Shown: positions 1-12,224, counted from the first letter of the stretch. The stretch: 64,000 nucleotides of DNA from TPA_inf: Saccharomyces (GCA_000146045.2 BK006945.2:192001-256000), one strand, 5' to 3'. The notes: a model not told the origin generated them from the sequence alone. Translations and numbers: made by a program.

Positions 1-1281
1 TGACCAAGGTTTAAACCATGATTCATCACTATCTTCGTTAGATATTAAGAATCCACCTAATAAGTTAATCTTAGAAAAGTCAGGATTGGTATTTGTGGGA
101 GATACTCTCATTTTAGAAAAATGGGAATACCAAACATCTAGCATGGAAATTCTAAGAGCATATTTATTTTGCAAAGACGTGGCCGCCTTAAAGCACAGAG
201 AATATAACCAATCTGTTAAATCATCTGTTAACTTTCTCTTGAATATATCATCCGCTTTTCTTACATGAACTACTATGTTTTCCTTTTGAAACTCCTTGGC
301 TATTTGATCTATTTCGAAAAAATTCTCACTTTGTAGCACAGTCACTACATCGTGTGAATCTTCTAAAGCCTTCGTTATTGAGATTGCATATTCAACCGGT
401 GTATTCAAAATTCTTGTTATTGTAGATGCTAAATCCATGTAGTGTACGTTACACTCTTCTTCTTCGATTTGAATAGCCCACTCCATATGTGCTTCTTTTC
501 TCGTATTGGACCAATTGTTATCAAAGAAAACAAAATTTTCATCATTGACCAATGGTTCACATTCGTGTTTTTCCATTATATCATCAGTAATGCTGTTTTG
601 ATTAGGATGCATTAGGGAGGATGCTTTTCTCTCGCTTGAATGGGCTTCTGCCTCCTCTTTGTATGAAACAGTTACATCAATTAAAAAATCCAGAACATAA
701 TTCAATAGGGAGATTACGTTTTCATCATCGGTTACGTTACTATTGTCGTTAGAAATAGGAATATTATTTAATTCGTTCTTGCACTTGAACGCGTCGCTTG
801 GGTCATTAAAGGCAAAGGGGTCACCACAATGGCATATTCTGCCTTCTGGGCGCATTACCACTTTAGCAACATAAGAATGATTTACATGTTTTTCTTTATC
901 GAAACAAAGCTCACATATTTCATACAATGGATTTGTGGAGCACGTAAAACAGTAATAAATTGTCTCAGAGGGGAAGCATAAACGCGTACACGCTGTTCCA
1001 ATATGCATATTACCCACAGAGTGGTGGTCATTCTCGAACTCCAGGGTCCTCCACTTTCTTCCATTTAGTATGTCTCTGTACTTTTCGTTTTCCCAGGCTT
1101 CAGAATTGAGTATTGAAACGAGAGAGCGCCAGTTTATATCGTTATCACTATGCTTAAGGCGTAGATTTAAGGTTTTCCATAGTAAATAACTAGTGGTTTC
1201 GCTATATTCGCATTTCGCGAGTTTGGGGAGCTCGGTAAGAAAATCTCTTATATTGGTTATAGACAGGTCAGAATCTTCCAT
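1..1281 (-). CDS. UBR2: E3 ubiquitin ligase Ubr2, N-terminal 427 codons; the gene continues beyond the window start
   Basis: Minus-strand ATG at 1279-1281. I translated from there manually: MEDSDLSITNIRDFLTELPKLAKCEYSETTSYLLWKTLNLRL...HSVGNMHIGTACTRLCFPSETIYYCFTC...CELCFDKEKH, a Cys/His-rich UBR box. The frame stays open to position 1, which is exactly 427 codons. The ORF track omits it because there is no stop inside the window. The gene sits upstream of and divergent from SNF7, as on chrXII. Confidence 0.8.
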   Translation of the reverse strand, partial: MEDSDLSITNIRDFLTELPKLAKCEYSETTSYLLWKTLNLRLKHSDNDINWRSLVSILNSEAWENEKYRDILNGRKWRTLEFENDHHSVGNMHIGTACTRLCFPSETIYYCFTCSTNPLYEICELCFDKEKHVNHSYVAKVVMRPEGRICHCGDPFAFNDPSDAFKCKNELNNIPISNDNSNVTDDENVISLLNYVLDFLIDVTVSYKEEAEAHSSERKASSLMHPNQNSITDDIMEKHECEPLVNDENFVFFDNNWSNTRKEAHMEWAIQIEEEECNVHYMDLASTITRILNTPVEYAISITKALEDSHDVVTVLQSENFFEIDQIAKEFQKENIVVHVRKADDIFKRKLTDDLTDWLYSLCFKAATSLQNKYALRISMLDVWYSHFSKMRVSPTNTNPDFSKINLLGGFLISNEDSDESWFKPWS

Positions 1282-2451
1282 GCGTGCTTGTTAAGTAGCT
1301 ATTAATTTAGTTAACGAATCTTACCTTTACTATCAGAGACGAGTAAATGATAATAATTAGAAAAAAAAGCCGGCTCTTTTTTTTAAAAAGCTTGAGCAAC
1401 TTTTTTTTTTTATAGAGTTGTTAGTAATATGCCAAGCAATTGAAAGTATGAATGCGTTGATTATTGGGTTTCTCCCCACAGCTGTACATTGACGATGCTC
1501 TTTATTGATATCGCCTAAAAGTTCAACAAACGCCACTGGAAATTGCCGCCGTTGTCACCACAACGTGATAAGTGATGGTGTGCTTTTTGCACATCTAGTG
1601 AAGAAACGGGCAATTAGGATCTAGGACCAGTAACACTTGCCCCGCAAATATTATAACATGGGCCTTATGATTGCTCGGTTTGTTACATCTAACATCCTAA
1701 GAAGTGAGTGGCATGAATACGTAGCTATATGTAGATTGAAAATTGATGAGTCGAGTCATCACCTTCCTCTAAACGGGGGATAAATTTTGGCGGTATTTTC
1801 CCTAATTTTATTCTTCGTTATGTCAGCCATGTGAGACTAATTAATTCAAGTTTTGACTTACAATTGCGGCTTCGTCGGAAATCAGTATTACGTATAAACT
1901 GTGTACCATAAAATTGGCGTACTCGGTATTGTTTATACTAAGCCGGCCATTCTAGTGATTTCGCCTCTATAAATGGTTGTTATTCGAGTATAATATTTCA
2001 ACCGCATCAAAGAAAGAGGTAGATAGCTTGCGTTCAACACCGTTCTTTTCTTTCCCCCTTAATTTAGCGCTTGGCGGTTATGCTATGGTGACAGTTAACT
2101 TTTTTAATTATAGGATGACTTGTCATATTGTTATATGCCGCATACTTATGTAAAGTAGTTATTGAGGTGGGGGTGAGCAGAGTAACGACAACGATGGAGT
2201 TCCGTAACTAACCAATGCTTAATGTTGGTAAGTAATAGCAAATATATATACTACATAGCTTTTGTTATATGCATCATTTTATACGATTCATGTTCGACCC
2301 TTTTGATAAAAGATGGGATTTTTAAATAAGTCGGTGGGTGATTTCGAATCATGAATAGTTGGCAGAGCAGGGGAAGTACGAGCTTCTAAAGGGTAAGATA
2401 TTGTATTTCGGACGGAAGCAGCAGAAACATAACAGTATTGATAAATAAGGC

Positions 2452-3174
2452 ATGTGGTCATCACTTTTTGGTTGGACATCAAGTAATGCCAAGAATAAAG
2501 AGTCACCAACAAAGGCCATAGTGCGGTTGAGGGAGCATATCAACCTTCTATCCAAAAAGCAATCGCATTTACGTACTCAAATTACAAATCAAGAGAATGA
2601 AGCTAGAATCTTTTTGACGAAGGGCAATAAAGTAATGGCGAAGAATGCACTTAAAAAGAAGAAGACAATCGAACAACTTTTAAGTAAGGTAGAAGGCACA
2701 ATGGAGTCTATGGAACAGCAGCTATTCTCTATAGAAAGTGCAAACTTAAATCTAGAGACAATGAGGGCTATGCAGGAAGGTGCTAAGGCAATGAAAACTA
2801 TTCACAGTGGCCTTGACATAGATAAAGTGGATGAAACTATGGACGAGATAAGGGAGCAAGTCGAATTAGGAGATGAAATAAGCGACGCTATATCCAGGCC
2901 TTTAATTACTGGGGCAAACGAGGTGGATGAAGATGAGCTGGACGAGGAATTGGACATGCTGGCTCAAGAAAATGCTAACCAAGAAACGTCCAAGATCGTT
3001 AATAATAATGTTAATGCGGCGCCTATCTCAGAGAACAAAGTCTCACTACCTAGTGTTCCAAGTAATAAAATTAAACAAAGTGAGAACTCTGTGAAGGACG
3101 GGGAAGAGGAAGAGGATGAAGAAGATGAAGATGAAAAAGCATTAAGAGAACTACAAGCAGAAATGGGGCTTTGA
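2452..3174 (+). CDS. SNF7: ESCRT-III subunit Snf7/Vps32
   Basis: ATG at 2452 and 240 aa, matching the known length. The protein is a coiled-coil Snf7-family member with an acidic C-terminus (EEEEDEEDEDEKALRELQAEMGL). I recognise the sequence. Confidence 0.92.
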   Translation: MWSSLFGWTSSNAKNKESPTKAIVRLREHINLLSKKQSHLRTQITNQENEARIFLTKGNKVMAKNALKKKKTIEQLLSKVEGTMESMEQQLFSIESANLNLETMRAMQEGAKAMKTIHSGLDIDKVDETMDEIREQVELGDEISDAISRPLITGANEVDEDELDEELDMLAQENANQETSKIVNNNVNAAPISENKVSLPSVPSNKIKQSENSVKDGEEEEDEEDEDEKALRELQAEMGL

Positions 3175-3449
3175 ACGTGTTCTATGCGGTTTAGATGAAA
3201 GAAAAAAAAAAGGTGTTCTTACTTTCCATGTTCTGTATACGCTCTTTTATATACATGAAGTTCATAATGCTAAGTCATAATTAATAGTTTTTATTTTTTT
3301 GTTGTCTTTTTTTTTTGCGTTCATAGGTATAGAAGGGAATGTGCATTCATTATTTTTATCTGTTATTGCTATATTATTGTACAGAAAAGATGAGAGAAGG
3401 AAAAAAAATAAATAATCAAATATGTATCTTTTTTTCTTTTACTTTGCTT

Positions 3450-4472
3450 TTAATTGACTAAAACCCAAATAACGAAAAATACAAAGATTATAAAAAAAAC
3501 CTTTGCGGCTAACCATCTATTACTCTTTATCCTGTCGAAGTATTTCAAAAGTTCCCTTTGAGCACCACTAATGTTTAAATCGATGTCGTCTACGTTTGCA
3601 TCAATCCTTTGGATTACTTCGCCCTGTTCTTGAACCATGGAGGCCAGTTGTTGGAAGAGATTTCCCACTTCCTGGATTGTGGATTCTATTGTCTCCACCG
3701 CCCTATTTCTTTCTTGTAAGTAGACGTTATTGGATAACTGTCCCTCTTCCATTAACATTAGTTGAGAGTCGTTTTGAGGGAAAGACAGTTCTCCTTGGTT
3801 GGACGAGTTGTTATTCTTTTCTGAGGATTCATCTAGTAGTGAGGTCATGAATGGGTTGGAGTTGTTATACGTGGTCAAGTCCGCGGCGTGATTGCTTTGC
3901 GTTTGGTCATCAGCTGGTGCATGTCCAGTGTCGGTGGTTAGTTTTTGCCATCTGTCTTTGTTAGCCATTTCTAGTCGTTGCCTTTCCTCCAATACGTCTT
4001 TAAAACTTCCTGATATGTTTTTCATTTGCGTGTTTAAAAGATTTACGACATTTTTGGAGTGCTGTACGGCACTAGGTTGCTTAGAAGATTGATTTGATGT
4101 GTTGCCATTCACGTCGGTTTTCTTGAGCTGACTTAATTGCACTAAACTTTGTTCGATGGCATAAATCTTCCTTTTGATCAAAAATGATAGCTCGGCAATC
4201 TCTACAGGGTTGTCATTGAACATCGGTTTCCTTTTGGCCAGCACTGCTAATTTCGATAATAATTGTGCGGTGGATGAAATTTCGTGAGCTATGCCAGAAG
4301 CCTTTTTTTGAAACTCAGAGACACTTTTCCCATTGCCGGTTGTGTTGTTGGCAAAGTTTTCACTTTCTTTCTCTTGTAGACGTTCCCTCTGCTGTTCTCT
4401 AAAGTTTTTGTTTCTTTTCTTGTAACTCAACACACTTTGTTGAAATTCTGAAGTTCTATCCTTTATGTTCAT
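3450..4472 (-). CDS. SED5: cis-Golgi t-SNARE syntaxin Sed5
   Basis: 340 aa, with the minus-strand ATG verified at 4470-4472. It has a syntaxin t-SNARE layout with a C-terminal transmembrane anchor (WLAAKVFFIIFVFFVIWVLVN). Position and length match YLR026C. Confidence 0.9.
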   Translation of the reverse strand: MNIKDRTSEFQQSVLSYKKRNKNFREQQRERLQEKESENFANNTTGNGKSVSEFQKKASGIAHEISSTAQLLSKLAVLAKRKPMFNDNPVEIAELSFLIKRKIYAIEQSLVQLSQLKKTDVNGNTSNQSSKQPSAVQHSKNVVNLLNTQMKNISGSFKDVLEERQRLEMANKDRWQKLTTDTGHAPADDQTQSNHAADLTTYNNSNPFMTSLLDESSEKNNNSSNQGELSFPQNDSQLMLMEEGQLSNNVYLQERNRAVETIESTIQEVGNLFQQLASMVQEQGEVIQRIDANVDDIDLNISGAQRELLKYFDRIKSNRWLAAKVFFIIFVFFVIWVLVN

Positions 4473-4828
4473 GGGAGTTGTGTGGTATGGTGAAATGGTC
4501 GTTGGAAACAGAGGTGGAATAAAATATATACAGTAAAGAGTGGGTGATTTCCGTTCAAAGGTCTAACAGGAGCGTCGATGCGGCGGTAGGATTTTTTTTT
4601 TTTTTTCAATTTCTATATTGACATTATTATCATAATGATTGTTTCGAATATGCCCTTTCGCCTCGCCTCGATCAATAAACCTACCCGGATATTACAACAA
4701 CATAATAATACACCTGTGAAGGTAAAGAAAGAGCATTTCTCTTTTTTTTATTTTTTTTTTTTTTTACTTTCTTTACATTAAAAAAAATATGAAGAGTGTA
4801 ATAGGTAAGTATAAGTATTATTTAATCA

Positions 4829-6085
4829 TTACAATTTAGCTTCAATAGTATAGAAGCGCACCACTTCATCAATGGCTTTAGCCACGTATTCCACGTTTCC
4901 TTGATTCAATCCAGCAATAGAAGCTCTACCTGAGGCAACCAAGTAAACTGCGTGGGTTTCTTCAAGTCGTTTAACCATTTGAGGAGTCAATCCTGTAAAG
5001 GAGAACATCCCGCATTGATTTACTATATGATCCCAGTTGCCAGGAGTGCCCAACTTGACTAAATGGTCTCTTAATGCGTGCCTCATTTTCGTAATTCTGG
5101 AGGACATGGTAACCATATCCTTGTGCCACTGTTCCGTTAATTCTGGCGTTTCCAACAGTTTAGCGACAATCTTAGCGCCGTAGGCGGGTGGGTTGGACAC
5201 TTCACTACGAATGATTTTGGCCAATTGAGATGTAACAGCAGGCTTTATAGTTTTGTTTTGAGCTTGTTTTGTAAGTGCTAGATGGAAACAACCTACACGC
5301 TCACCGTACATACCGGCGTTCTTGGCAAAGGACTGACAGACAAAGACGGGAGAGACCGTTGAAAGCTTCTCCACACCTAGACGCACAGCATAGGCATCCT
5401 TGTCCAAATCTCCAGTGGCAAACCCTTGGTAGGCGGTGTCAAATAAGGCGATGTGGTTCTTTGAGGCGATAGCATCAACGATTTGAACCCATTGTTCACT
5501 AGTAGGGTCCAGACCAGTTGGGTTATGGGCGCAAGAGTGCAGAACGAAAATGGAGCCCTCTGGAGCTTTTTGAATAGCATTTAGAAAGCCGTTTAGGTCC
5601 AAAGACTTAGTTTCGTTGGCCCAGTAAGGGTAAGTCGCCGTTTTCAAGCCTTGATTCTCAAAAATGGCCATGTGGTTGGCCCAAGTAGGCTTAGACAAAT
5701 AGACCAGTTTATCTGGGAAGAATTTTGAAAAAAACTTCGCAGATATATGAAGAGCACCCGTACCAGACAGTGATTGTACTGAGATTACTCTGTCTTCCTG
5801 AAAGGCATCGGATTGCGTACCGAAGATGATCTTGGCGGCGTTAGATGTCAAACTTGGCAGACCGGTAATACCGAGGTATTCATGGTTGTAGGAGCTGTCG
5901 TTATGAATTAGCTTTTCGGCGGCTTTAACACTTGGCAAGACCCATGGTTTACCGTTGTCGTCTCTGTAGGCCCCGATACCCAAGTCGACCTTGGTAGCAC
6001 GTTGATCTTGCCCGTACCTTTGCTTAATACCAAAAAGGGCATCAGGGGGCAGCAATTCGATGTTATTGAACAGAGTGGCAGACAT
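4829..6085 (-). CDS. AAT2: cytosolic aspartate aminotransferase
   Basis: The ORF-track start at 6169 is a GTG codon, not an ATG. The first ATG lies at 6083-6085 and gives MSATLFNNIELLPPDALFG..., 418 aa, which is the known AAT2 length. It is a class-I aminotransferase with the PLP-lysine region (SFAKNAGMYGERVG). Confidence 0.9.
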   Translation of the reverse strand: MSATLFNNIELLPPDALFGIKQRYGQDQRATKVDLGIGAYRDDNGKPWVLPSVKAAEKLIHNDSSYNHEYLGITGLPSLTSNAAKIIFGTQSDAFQEDRVISVQSLSGTGALHISAKFFSKFFPDKLVYLSKPTWANHMAIFENQGLKTATYPYWANETKSLDLNGFLNAIQKAPEGSIFVLHSCAHNPTGLDPTSEQWVQIVDAIASKNHIALFDTAYQGFATGDLDKDAYAVRLGVEKLSTVSPVFVCQSFAKNAGMYGERVGCFHLALTKQAQNKTIKPAVTSQLAKIIRSEVSNPPAYGAKIVAKLLETPELTEQWHKDMVTMSSRITKMRHALRDHLVKLGTPGNWDHIVNQCGMFSFTGLTPQMVKRLEETHAVYLVASGRASIAGLNQGNVEYVAKAIDEVVRFYTIEAKL

Positions 6086-6783
6086 TATCGCTCTTGTGTT
6101 CTTGTATTCCTGTGTTCTTTTGTTCATTAGAATTTGGACGGTTGCGCTTTCCCTTCTTAAAGTATCCACATACGTTTATATACCGACGTGCAAGGCGACA
6201 AGGTAAATGAGGCCGATCACGCTGACTCACTCGGTCCGACTCTCGGCGATCGTTATTCACGAAGACGAAAGATAGCCATTTCCAGTGGTGACCATTAGTA
6301 TTGACAATATGTACATCGCATTAAACAGTAAGAAAACATTAATATTCCGTCAGGAATTCCTGTAAATTGCTCTTACTACAAACCTGCAATGCCCATATCA
6401 TCATATTCAAAGTAAAAATTTCATTTTCCGTAATTATTCTTATCTTTGGGTGCTTTGTGGCAGCTACTGGAGTAATTGTGTATAATAGATGCCACTAGTG
6501 CAGTTAAATGAAATATCCTACATTGAGAGTTTAAAAAATTGCCTCCTTGTATGTTTCTTGTAAATAATGATTTTATGTCCTTCTAGCGTAGTAACCCTAA
6601 ACCATCAGCGGCTATTATTAACATTGTTACCCTGACAGTGCTTTTTTATTTCAAGAAAAATTTTCCTTTAGATTCTCTCGCCTATATAAACACTTTGAAA
6701 CTCTCATCGTCGTGCATTTAACTTCTATGGTAAACTTCTTTTCCCATTCAAGTTTCTCTTTGCTTATTTGTAAAAAAAAAAGT

Positions 6784-7392
6784 AACCATAGTCTCGTGCT
6801 AGTTCGGTACTATACAGGGAAGGGAAGTCACTCGCATACGTGTGTGTGCATTTCTTGCTATTGCTGCTTAGCTTCTCTAAAACACTGGGCTAGCGTTTTT
6901 CAACGCTCGAGAGGCAGAGTCTCAAGGAGCCTCCAATGGGCCTCACGTATTCATCTAGATGGCGCTTCGGACAACGGCATCACATAAGAGATGCAGCTCC
7001 TGACTTCTCCTCTGATCTTCGTGATCAGAGTTTTGAGTCGTCAGACTACGAGCAGTTTCTCTTAGTCGTTGCATCGGGTGCTGTTGCCTTAACGATGTGT
7101 ATATGGGGTTCGGGGGCTGTTGCCATGATATATATGGATGAGACAGAAGTGGCCCCGTTGACGAGTTTAACTTAGATTAAGTAGGACGCATGATCTTGAG
7201 CTCTTTTCCTATACTTTGTCCTATGGCCAGCTTTCTCCTTATTACGAAGAGATTGCGGGATGTGGGTGCAGAGTGGGAAAATCTGAGTTCGGTCATCTTT
7301 GTTGTTCGTCCTACCGCAGTATATTCCTAAACACTATGAAATGACCCTAGTTGGTCCATGATCATTTGGGTAAAACCATACTGCAGACATCT
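6784..7392 (+). ncRNA. SNR30: H/ACA box snoRNA snR30 (the U17 homologue needed for 18S rRNA processing)
   Basis: It lies in the ORF-poor AAT2-ADE16 intergenic region. The 5' end AACCATAGTCTCGTGCTAGTTCGG matches my memory of snR30. Near the 3' end are the conserved rRNA-pairing motifs m1 (ATATTCCTA, 7321-7329) and m2 (AAACCAT, 7373-7379), flanking a terminal hairpin. They are followed by an ACA box at 7387-7389, three nt before the inferred 3' end. The exact ends are approximate. Confidence 0.75.
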
Positions 7393-7539
7393 CTATAATT
7401 CACATATTCACATCTTGTCCTCTCGCAGAAGAGGAAGGCCTTTGACGTAGAAAATTAAGTAAATCGTATACGTTTACGTATATACACTTGTATTCAGCTA
7501 TATATGTTGTTTCTGTTCTTCTCATAAAATGTACCCTAC

Positions 7540-9315
7540 TTAGTGGTGGAATAAACGAATTGGGTTCTCCACGTAGACGATATCAAATGAATCCGCCGCT
7601 TGGAAGACAACTTTGTCCATGACAGACCCCGAAGGAGCCGTGATGAACTTTACACCAGACTGCACAGCTCTATAAACGTTGTCTGGGAAGGGAAAGAACG
7701 CATCGGATGATAACGATACATTGTTTAATTTGCTTAACCATTCTAGTCTTTCTTCTTTGGTGAAAGGTTCAGGGACTTCTTCAAATTTGCTTTCGTAATC
7801 CACCTTTTCCGGGCCTTCTATTCTTTGCCCTGTAACAAAAAGATCAATCGCATTCGACTTGTCCGCTCTCTTAATTCCCTTGGCCCACTTCATGTTCAAA
7901 ACCTTTGGATGTTGTCTCAACCACCAGTTGTCCGTCTTGTCACCAGCTAATCTGGTACAGTGTATACGCGATTGTTGGCCGGCCCCAAGCCCCACAACCA
8001 TACCATTCTTTGCGTAGCAAACAGAATTTGATTGTGTGTATTTTAAAACCAGCGTAGCAACAGTTAGATCGATAACGGCTTGCTCGGTAAGTGCTTTGTT
8101 TTTGGAGACAATTTCTTTGAAAGTGGATTGGTTTATGATCGCATCGTTTCTCTTTTGTTGTAACGTTACGCCAAAAACCTCTCGGGATTCCATTTGGCCA
8201 GGAACATAGTTTGGATCGATTTGTAAAATACAGTATTTTCCGTTTTTCTTCTTAGATAGTATATTCAATGCCTCTGGTTCATACCCTGGAGCAATAACAC
8301 CATCGGAAACTTCTTTAGAGATGATTTTTGCAGTGGCGACATCTACAATATTGGACAATGCAATGAAATCACCAAAGGATGACATCCTATCTGCACCACG
8401 GGCCCTAGCGTATGCGCATGCCAATGGTGATAAATCCTCCATATCATTCACAAAATAAACTTGTCTTTCCACATCGGATAATGGAAGTCCCACAGCAGCA
8501 CCTGCTGGAGAAACGTGCTTGAACGATGCTGCCGCAGGCAAGTTCAATGATGCAGATAACTCTTTCACTAAGGGCCATGAGTTCAAGGCATCCAAAAGAT
8601 TTATATATCCTGGTGTACCGCAGAGCACTTTGAAGGGCAACTCCTCCTGCTGAGTGATATAAGCTTGTGCAGGTCTTTGGTGGGGATTACAACCATATCT
8701 TAGCGGTAATTGGGCTTTCCCTTCGGAGTACTGTTTCCTGAAAAAGTCAGAAATGGCCGCATCATAATCGGCCGTATGTTCAAACGCCTTAAGTGCAAAT
8801 CTATTTCTTAAATCCTGAGAAATTTCACCGTCCTTAGACAGGTCTTGCAGAAAGATAGAATAGTCATTAGGGTCTGAAAGAATAGTCACTCTGGAATGGT
8901 TCTTTGCGGCTGCTCTCAACAAAGTCACACCGCCAATGTCGATCTCCTCTACAGCTTCTTGAACTGTAACACCAATTTTAGCCACAGTTTCTTTGAACGG
9001 ATATAGATTACATACAACAAAATCCACCTTATCAATGTGCTGCTCTTTTAAATCTTTTTCATCGCCCTCTAAATTTCTGGCAAGAATACCTGCATGCACA
9101 GCAGGGTGAAGAGTCTTGACTCTACCCCCTAGCATTTCTGGTGCATGCGTAATTGAAGAAACATCGTCGACCGGAAAACCAGCTTCTCTGACCATGTTGG
9201 CCGTACCACCGGATGCTAGGATACGAACATTGTTCTCTACCAATCCCTTGGCTAAGTCTAATAAACCTGTCTTATCATAAACTGACAAGATCGCAGTCTT
9301 GGTATATTTGCCCAT
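7540..9315 (-). CDS. ADE16: bifunctional AICAR transformylase / IMP cyclohydrolase (purine biosynthesis)
   Basis: 591 aa, minus-strand ATG at 9313-9315. The protein is a PurH-family enzyme with an MGS-like N-terminal domain and an AICARFT domain. Length and position match YLR028C. Confidence 0.9.
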
Positions 9316-9975
9316 TTTTAGCTCTTTTGTTTTTTGTCCCTATTTATGGTATATTTGGATTCTTTGTTTGGAATGGGGTATTGATTAGATCTTGAATGTT
9401 ATCTAATCGCTAAAAAGAGCAAGAAAAAAACACAAATGCTGAAAACTGGAAAAAAGGACGATCTATTTGCCAATTATTAAGGCTTATTCTTAAAGTGGAA
9501 ATAGCCCTCTCTTTTGCTTTTCTTGAGTTTTATCTAATGGCTCTAATAAGGAAAAACGGGAAGAAAAGGAAAGAAAAAAAATACAAGAAAATAAGGTGCG
9601 ACTAAAAAGAACATGGTGTTAATTTATGCGGCGGAGAAATTTACTTGAGCGTAAAGATATTATATATAAGTATTATGGTAGTGCCACCACCTATGTAAGC
9701 TGCTAGCATTGGTATACGTAGAACAATTAGGACTCCCTCGTCCGCTCCTTGATACAGGTAGATAAGTTCTGCCTGAGGGGAGGATTGAGAAGAGGGGGTA
9801 GGGGTTTGCTTGATAGCAGAATAAAAGTACAGCTCTAGGTCTATAAAAAAAAAAATTGGTTAAAGAAAAAATATACAGGTTTGTATATAGAATCATTAAT
9901 TAAAAAGATAATAGTATAAAACACATCAGATAAACAAAAGTTTGCCCAATAAAATTATATTTTCCATCAACCAGC

Positions 9976-10590
9976 TTATTTTCTGTATCTCCACAAGGAC
10001 AAAGTGTTTTGTCTCTTCCAGGTCTTTCTTCTACCAGCCTTGGTGTTGTTGAATTTGTGACCCTTGTTGATACCTCTGGATTTCTTACCAGTGGCAGTCA
10101 AACCTCTAGCTTCACGGTGCTTGTGAACTGGGTCACAGATCCAGTTGTAACGAGCATCTCTTCTGATAGCCTTGTGTTGAGGGTCGACCAAGATAACTTC
10201 GAAGTACTTGTAAGTAGAATCTTGGTTAACCCAGTAGGAGTTCAAGACTCTCAAGTTAGCGGCACGACGACCAACTCTTTCTTCAGCGGTAGCTCTCAAG
10301 GATCTTTGGTATTTCAATTCATTGACACCTTGGTTAGTTGGCTTACCGTAAGTAGCACCCTTTGGAACAGGTCTCTTTCTGTTACCACGTCTAACTCTGA
10401 CACGGTAGATAACGAAACCTTGCTTAGCTTTGTAACCCAATCTTCTAGCCTTGTCTGGTCTAGTTGGTCTAGCGGCTCTGTGAATGACATTCTTTTGTCT
10501 GTATTCCCAGACTCTGACTCTTTGCAAGAATCTCAAAACATCAGATTGCTTCTTTCTTTGCAATTCTTCCAAATATTTGTAGGCACCCAT
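9976..10590 (-). CDS. RPL15A: 60S ribosomal protein L15
   Basis: 204 aa, starting [32 protein letters not shown]..., which is the L15e family. The antisense strand is open across the whole gene, which indicates strong codon bias. No intron is present. Confidence 0.92.
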
Positions 10591-11289
10591 TGCTGATTTA
10601 TTTGTTTGATCGTGGTTTTCTTAGATTGTAAAAGAATTACTTAAGGATAGGGAAAGAAACGTGAGAAATAGCAGTTAAATGTACCGGTGGTAAAAATGCA
10701 ATGCCATCATTCTTTGTTACCAAGCAAAAGTGAGAAATCTTGAAAAATTTTAGCACCTTTGAAAATTTTGCGTCAGCTCCAAGAAATTTCAGAAAATATA
10801 TTCGACAGCTTTAAATCCGTACATTTATCAAAAAAAGAATATAATATCATGTTTGACGATGTATGCTATGTAAATCATGTCATAATACGCATCAATTGAT
10901 ACTACAAATGCATCTCGGATAGAGACATTGTCATGATAATCGCAACACATGTCGCACCTGGTGCATGTTCTGAACCTTAACACTAAATATTTAAACGTCA
11001 TGTAGGGTGCGAGTCCATCTCATTCTTGCCCAATAAATTTTAGAAACACCCTCTTATGAAGGGCGGCAAAACATATTAAGTAAGTGTCGATTGTTAAACA
11101 CTTCCCCTTTTTTTATGCATAGTAAAAGGTACAAAGAAAATAGCGTACCGTCCTTAAATCAATATAGAAATATAATGAAAAAATAAGTGCTTTGATAAGA
11201 ATATCTTGAATACAAATTAAGAAGTGTATATTTATAGATATTTTCGTTTCAGCTTGTGTCTGTGTGTGGCCTTATATGTAATATATGAG

Positions 11290-12081
11290 ATGGAAGGTGA
11301 ACAAATTATGGAGTATGTTCAAGAGACACCGATCATTCCAAAAAGGATTATCCATTATTCGATTCCAAAACAAATGATCACAAAGCCCGCTCCCCATGTC
11401 GAGATGACGTTGGTAGCTAATACTTTTCGGGACATGGACTTGCCGCAGCATCCGGTTATCCATGATTGTTGGCAAAATAAAGAGTACTCAACTCAAAGAT
11501 ATTCAGGAAATGTGGCTCAACAGAGATTAAGTTTTGAGGAACATCCAAATGAAGAGTGTCAAAATTCTGTTGGGTTAATCAAGAGAGTGAGTACTTTCTT
11601 TAAAAAGAGGCCATTGTCTCGAAAGAATAGCATAAAGTCAATCGGTGACGTAAAATCGGAGGCACGTAACCGGGGAGAAGGCCTCCTGGGTGAAGTTGAT
11701 AATCTTAACGAGCAGAATGTCCGAGAAAACCTGACTAGTGAACATGAAAAGAGTCCTGAAGGAGATTCCAAAAGGTATGGCCTGTTCTCCTTTGAAGAGA
11801 CCCCCCCTATACAAGTGTTGGAGCAGGGCAATATCAATTCTGAGCTTTCTTCATTTAAAAACACTTCTTTGGCGGAAAACAAACGCTCTTCTGACAGCTT
11901 CGTTTCGTTAAAACCGGGTGAAGATGAACATAGCCCTTTAGAGATTAGTACGTGTGGTAATTTGACTGAAAGAGAGGATTTGCAATCTGGCGAAGAACGG
12001 TTTGACTCAGCAGCCCAAAATATAAAGGTAGCTTCGATGAAGGAAAAAAAAAAAATCTTCAAAGGGAACAAAACAGATTAA
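11290..12081 (+). CDS. uncharacterised protein YLR030W, 263 aa
   Basis: The ORF-track start at 11224 is not an ATG. The first ATG is at 11290 (MEGEQIMEYVQ...) and gives 263 aa. The stop at 12079-12081 lies 24 nt after an A12 tract. See the finding on the possible fusion with YLR031W. Confidence 0.7.
   Translation: MEGEQIMEYVQETPIIPKRIIHYSIPKQMITKPAPHVEMTLVANTFRDMDLPQHPVIHDCWQNKEYSTQRYSGNVAQQRLSFEEHPNEECQNSVGLIKRVSTFFKKRPLSRKNSIKSIGDVKSEARNRGEGLLGEVDNLNEQNVRENLTSEHEKSPEGDSKRYGLFSFEETPPIQVLEQGNINSELSSFKNTSLAENKRSSDSFVSLKPGEDEHSPLEISTCGNLTEREDLQSGEERFDSAAQNIKVASMKEKKKIFKGNKTD
12044..12055 (+). repeat. A12 homopolymer inside the 3' end of YLR030W, a candidate frameshift site
   Basis: Twelve consecutive A residues. 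The YLR031W reading frame is open from 12006 straight through this tract and on to 12785. Confidence 0.9.
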
Positions 12082-12224
12082 TCACTGAGATTATACGCCT
12101 CGAAAACATACTAAATAAGCATAGGAAGGCTGAAGCTAAGAATAATATTAACAAACTTGAAAAGAAGTTGAGTGAAACAGATGGTTTTACATCTGTAAAC
12201 ACATCAGTTCCAGTAACTCCTATT

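Noticed and set aside
1366-1420. Quasi-palindromic A8-GCCGGC-T8 followed by a T11 tract in the UBR2/SNF7 divergent promoter
   Set aside because: It looks like a bacterial rho-independent terminator, but this is a eukaryotic nuclear intergenic region. It is most likely a poly(dA:dT) nucleosome-depleted promoter element and nothing more specific.
6712-7175. Two small ORFs (91 aa and 79 aa) in the AAT2-ADE16 intergenic region
   Set aside because: They lie inside the snR30 snoRNA, whose m1/m2/ACA motifs are present. There is no protein-like composition.
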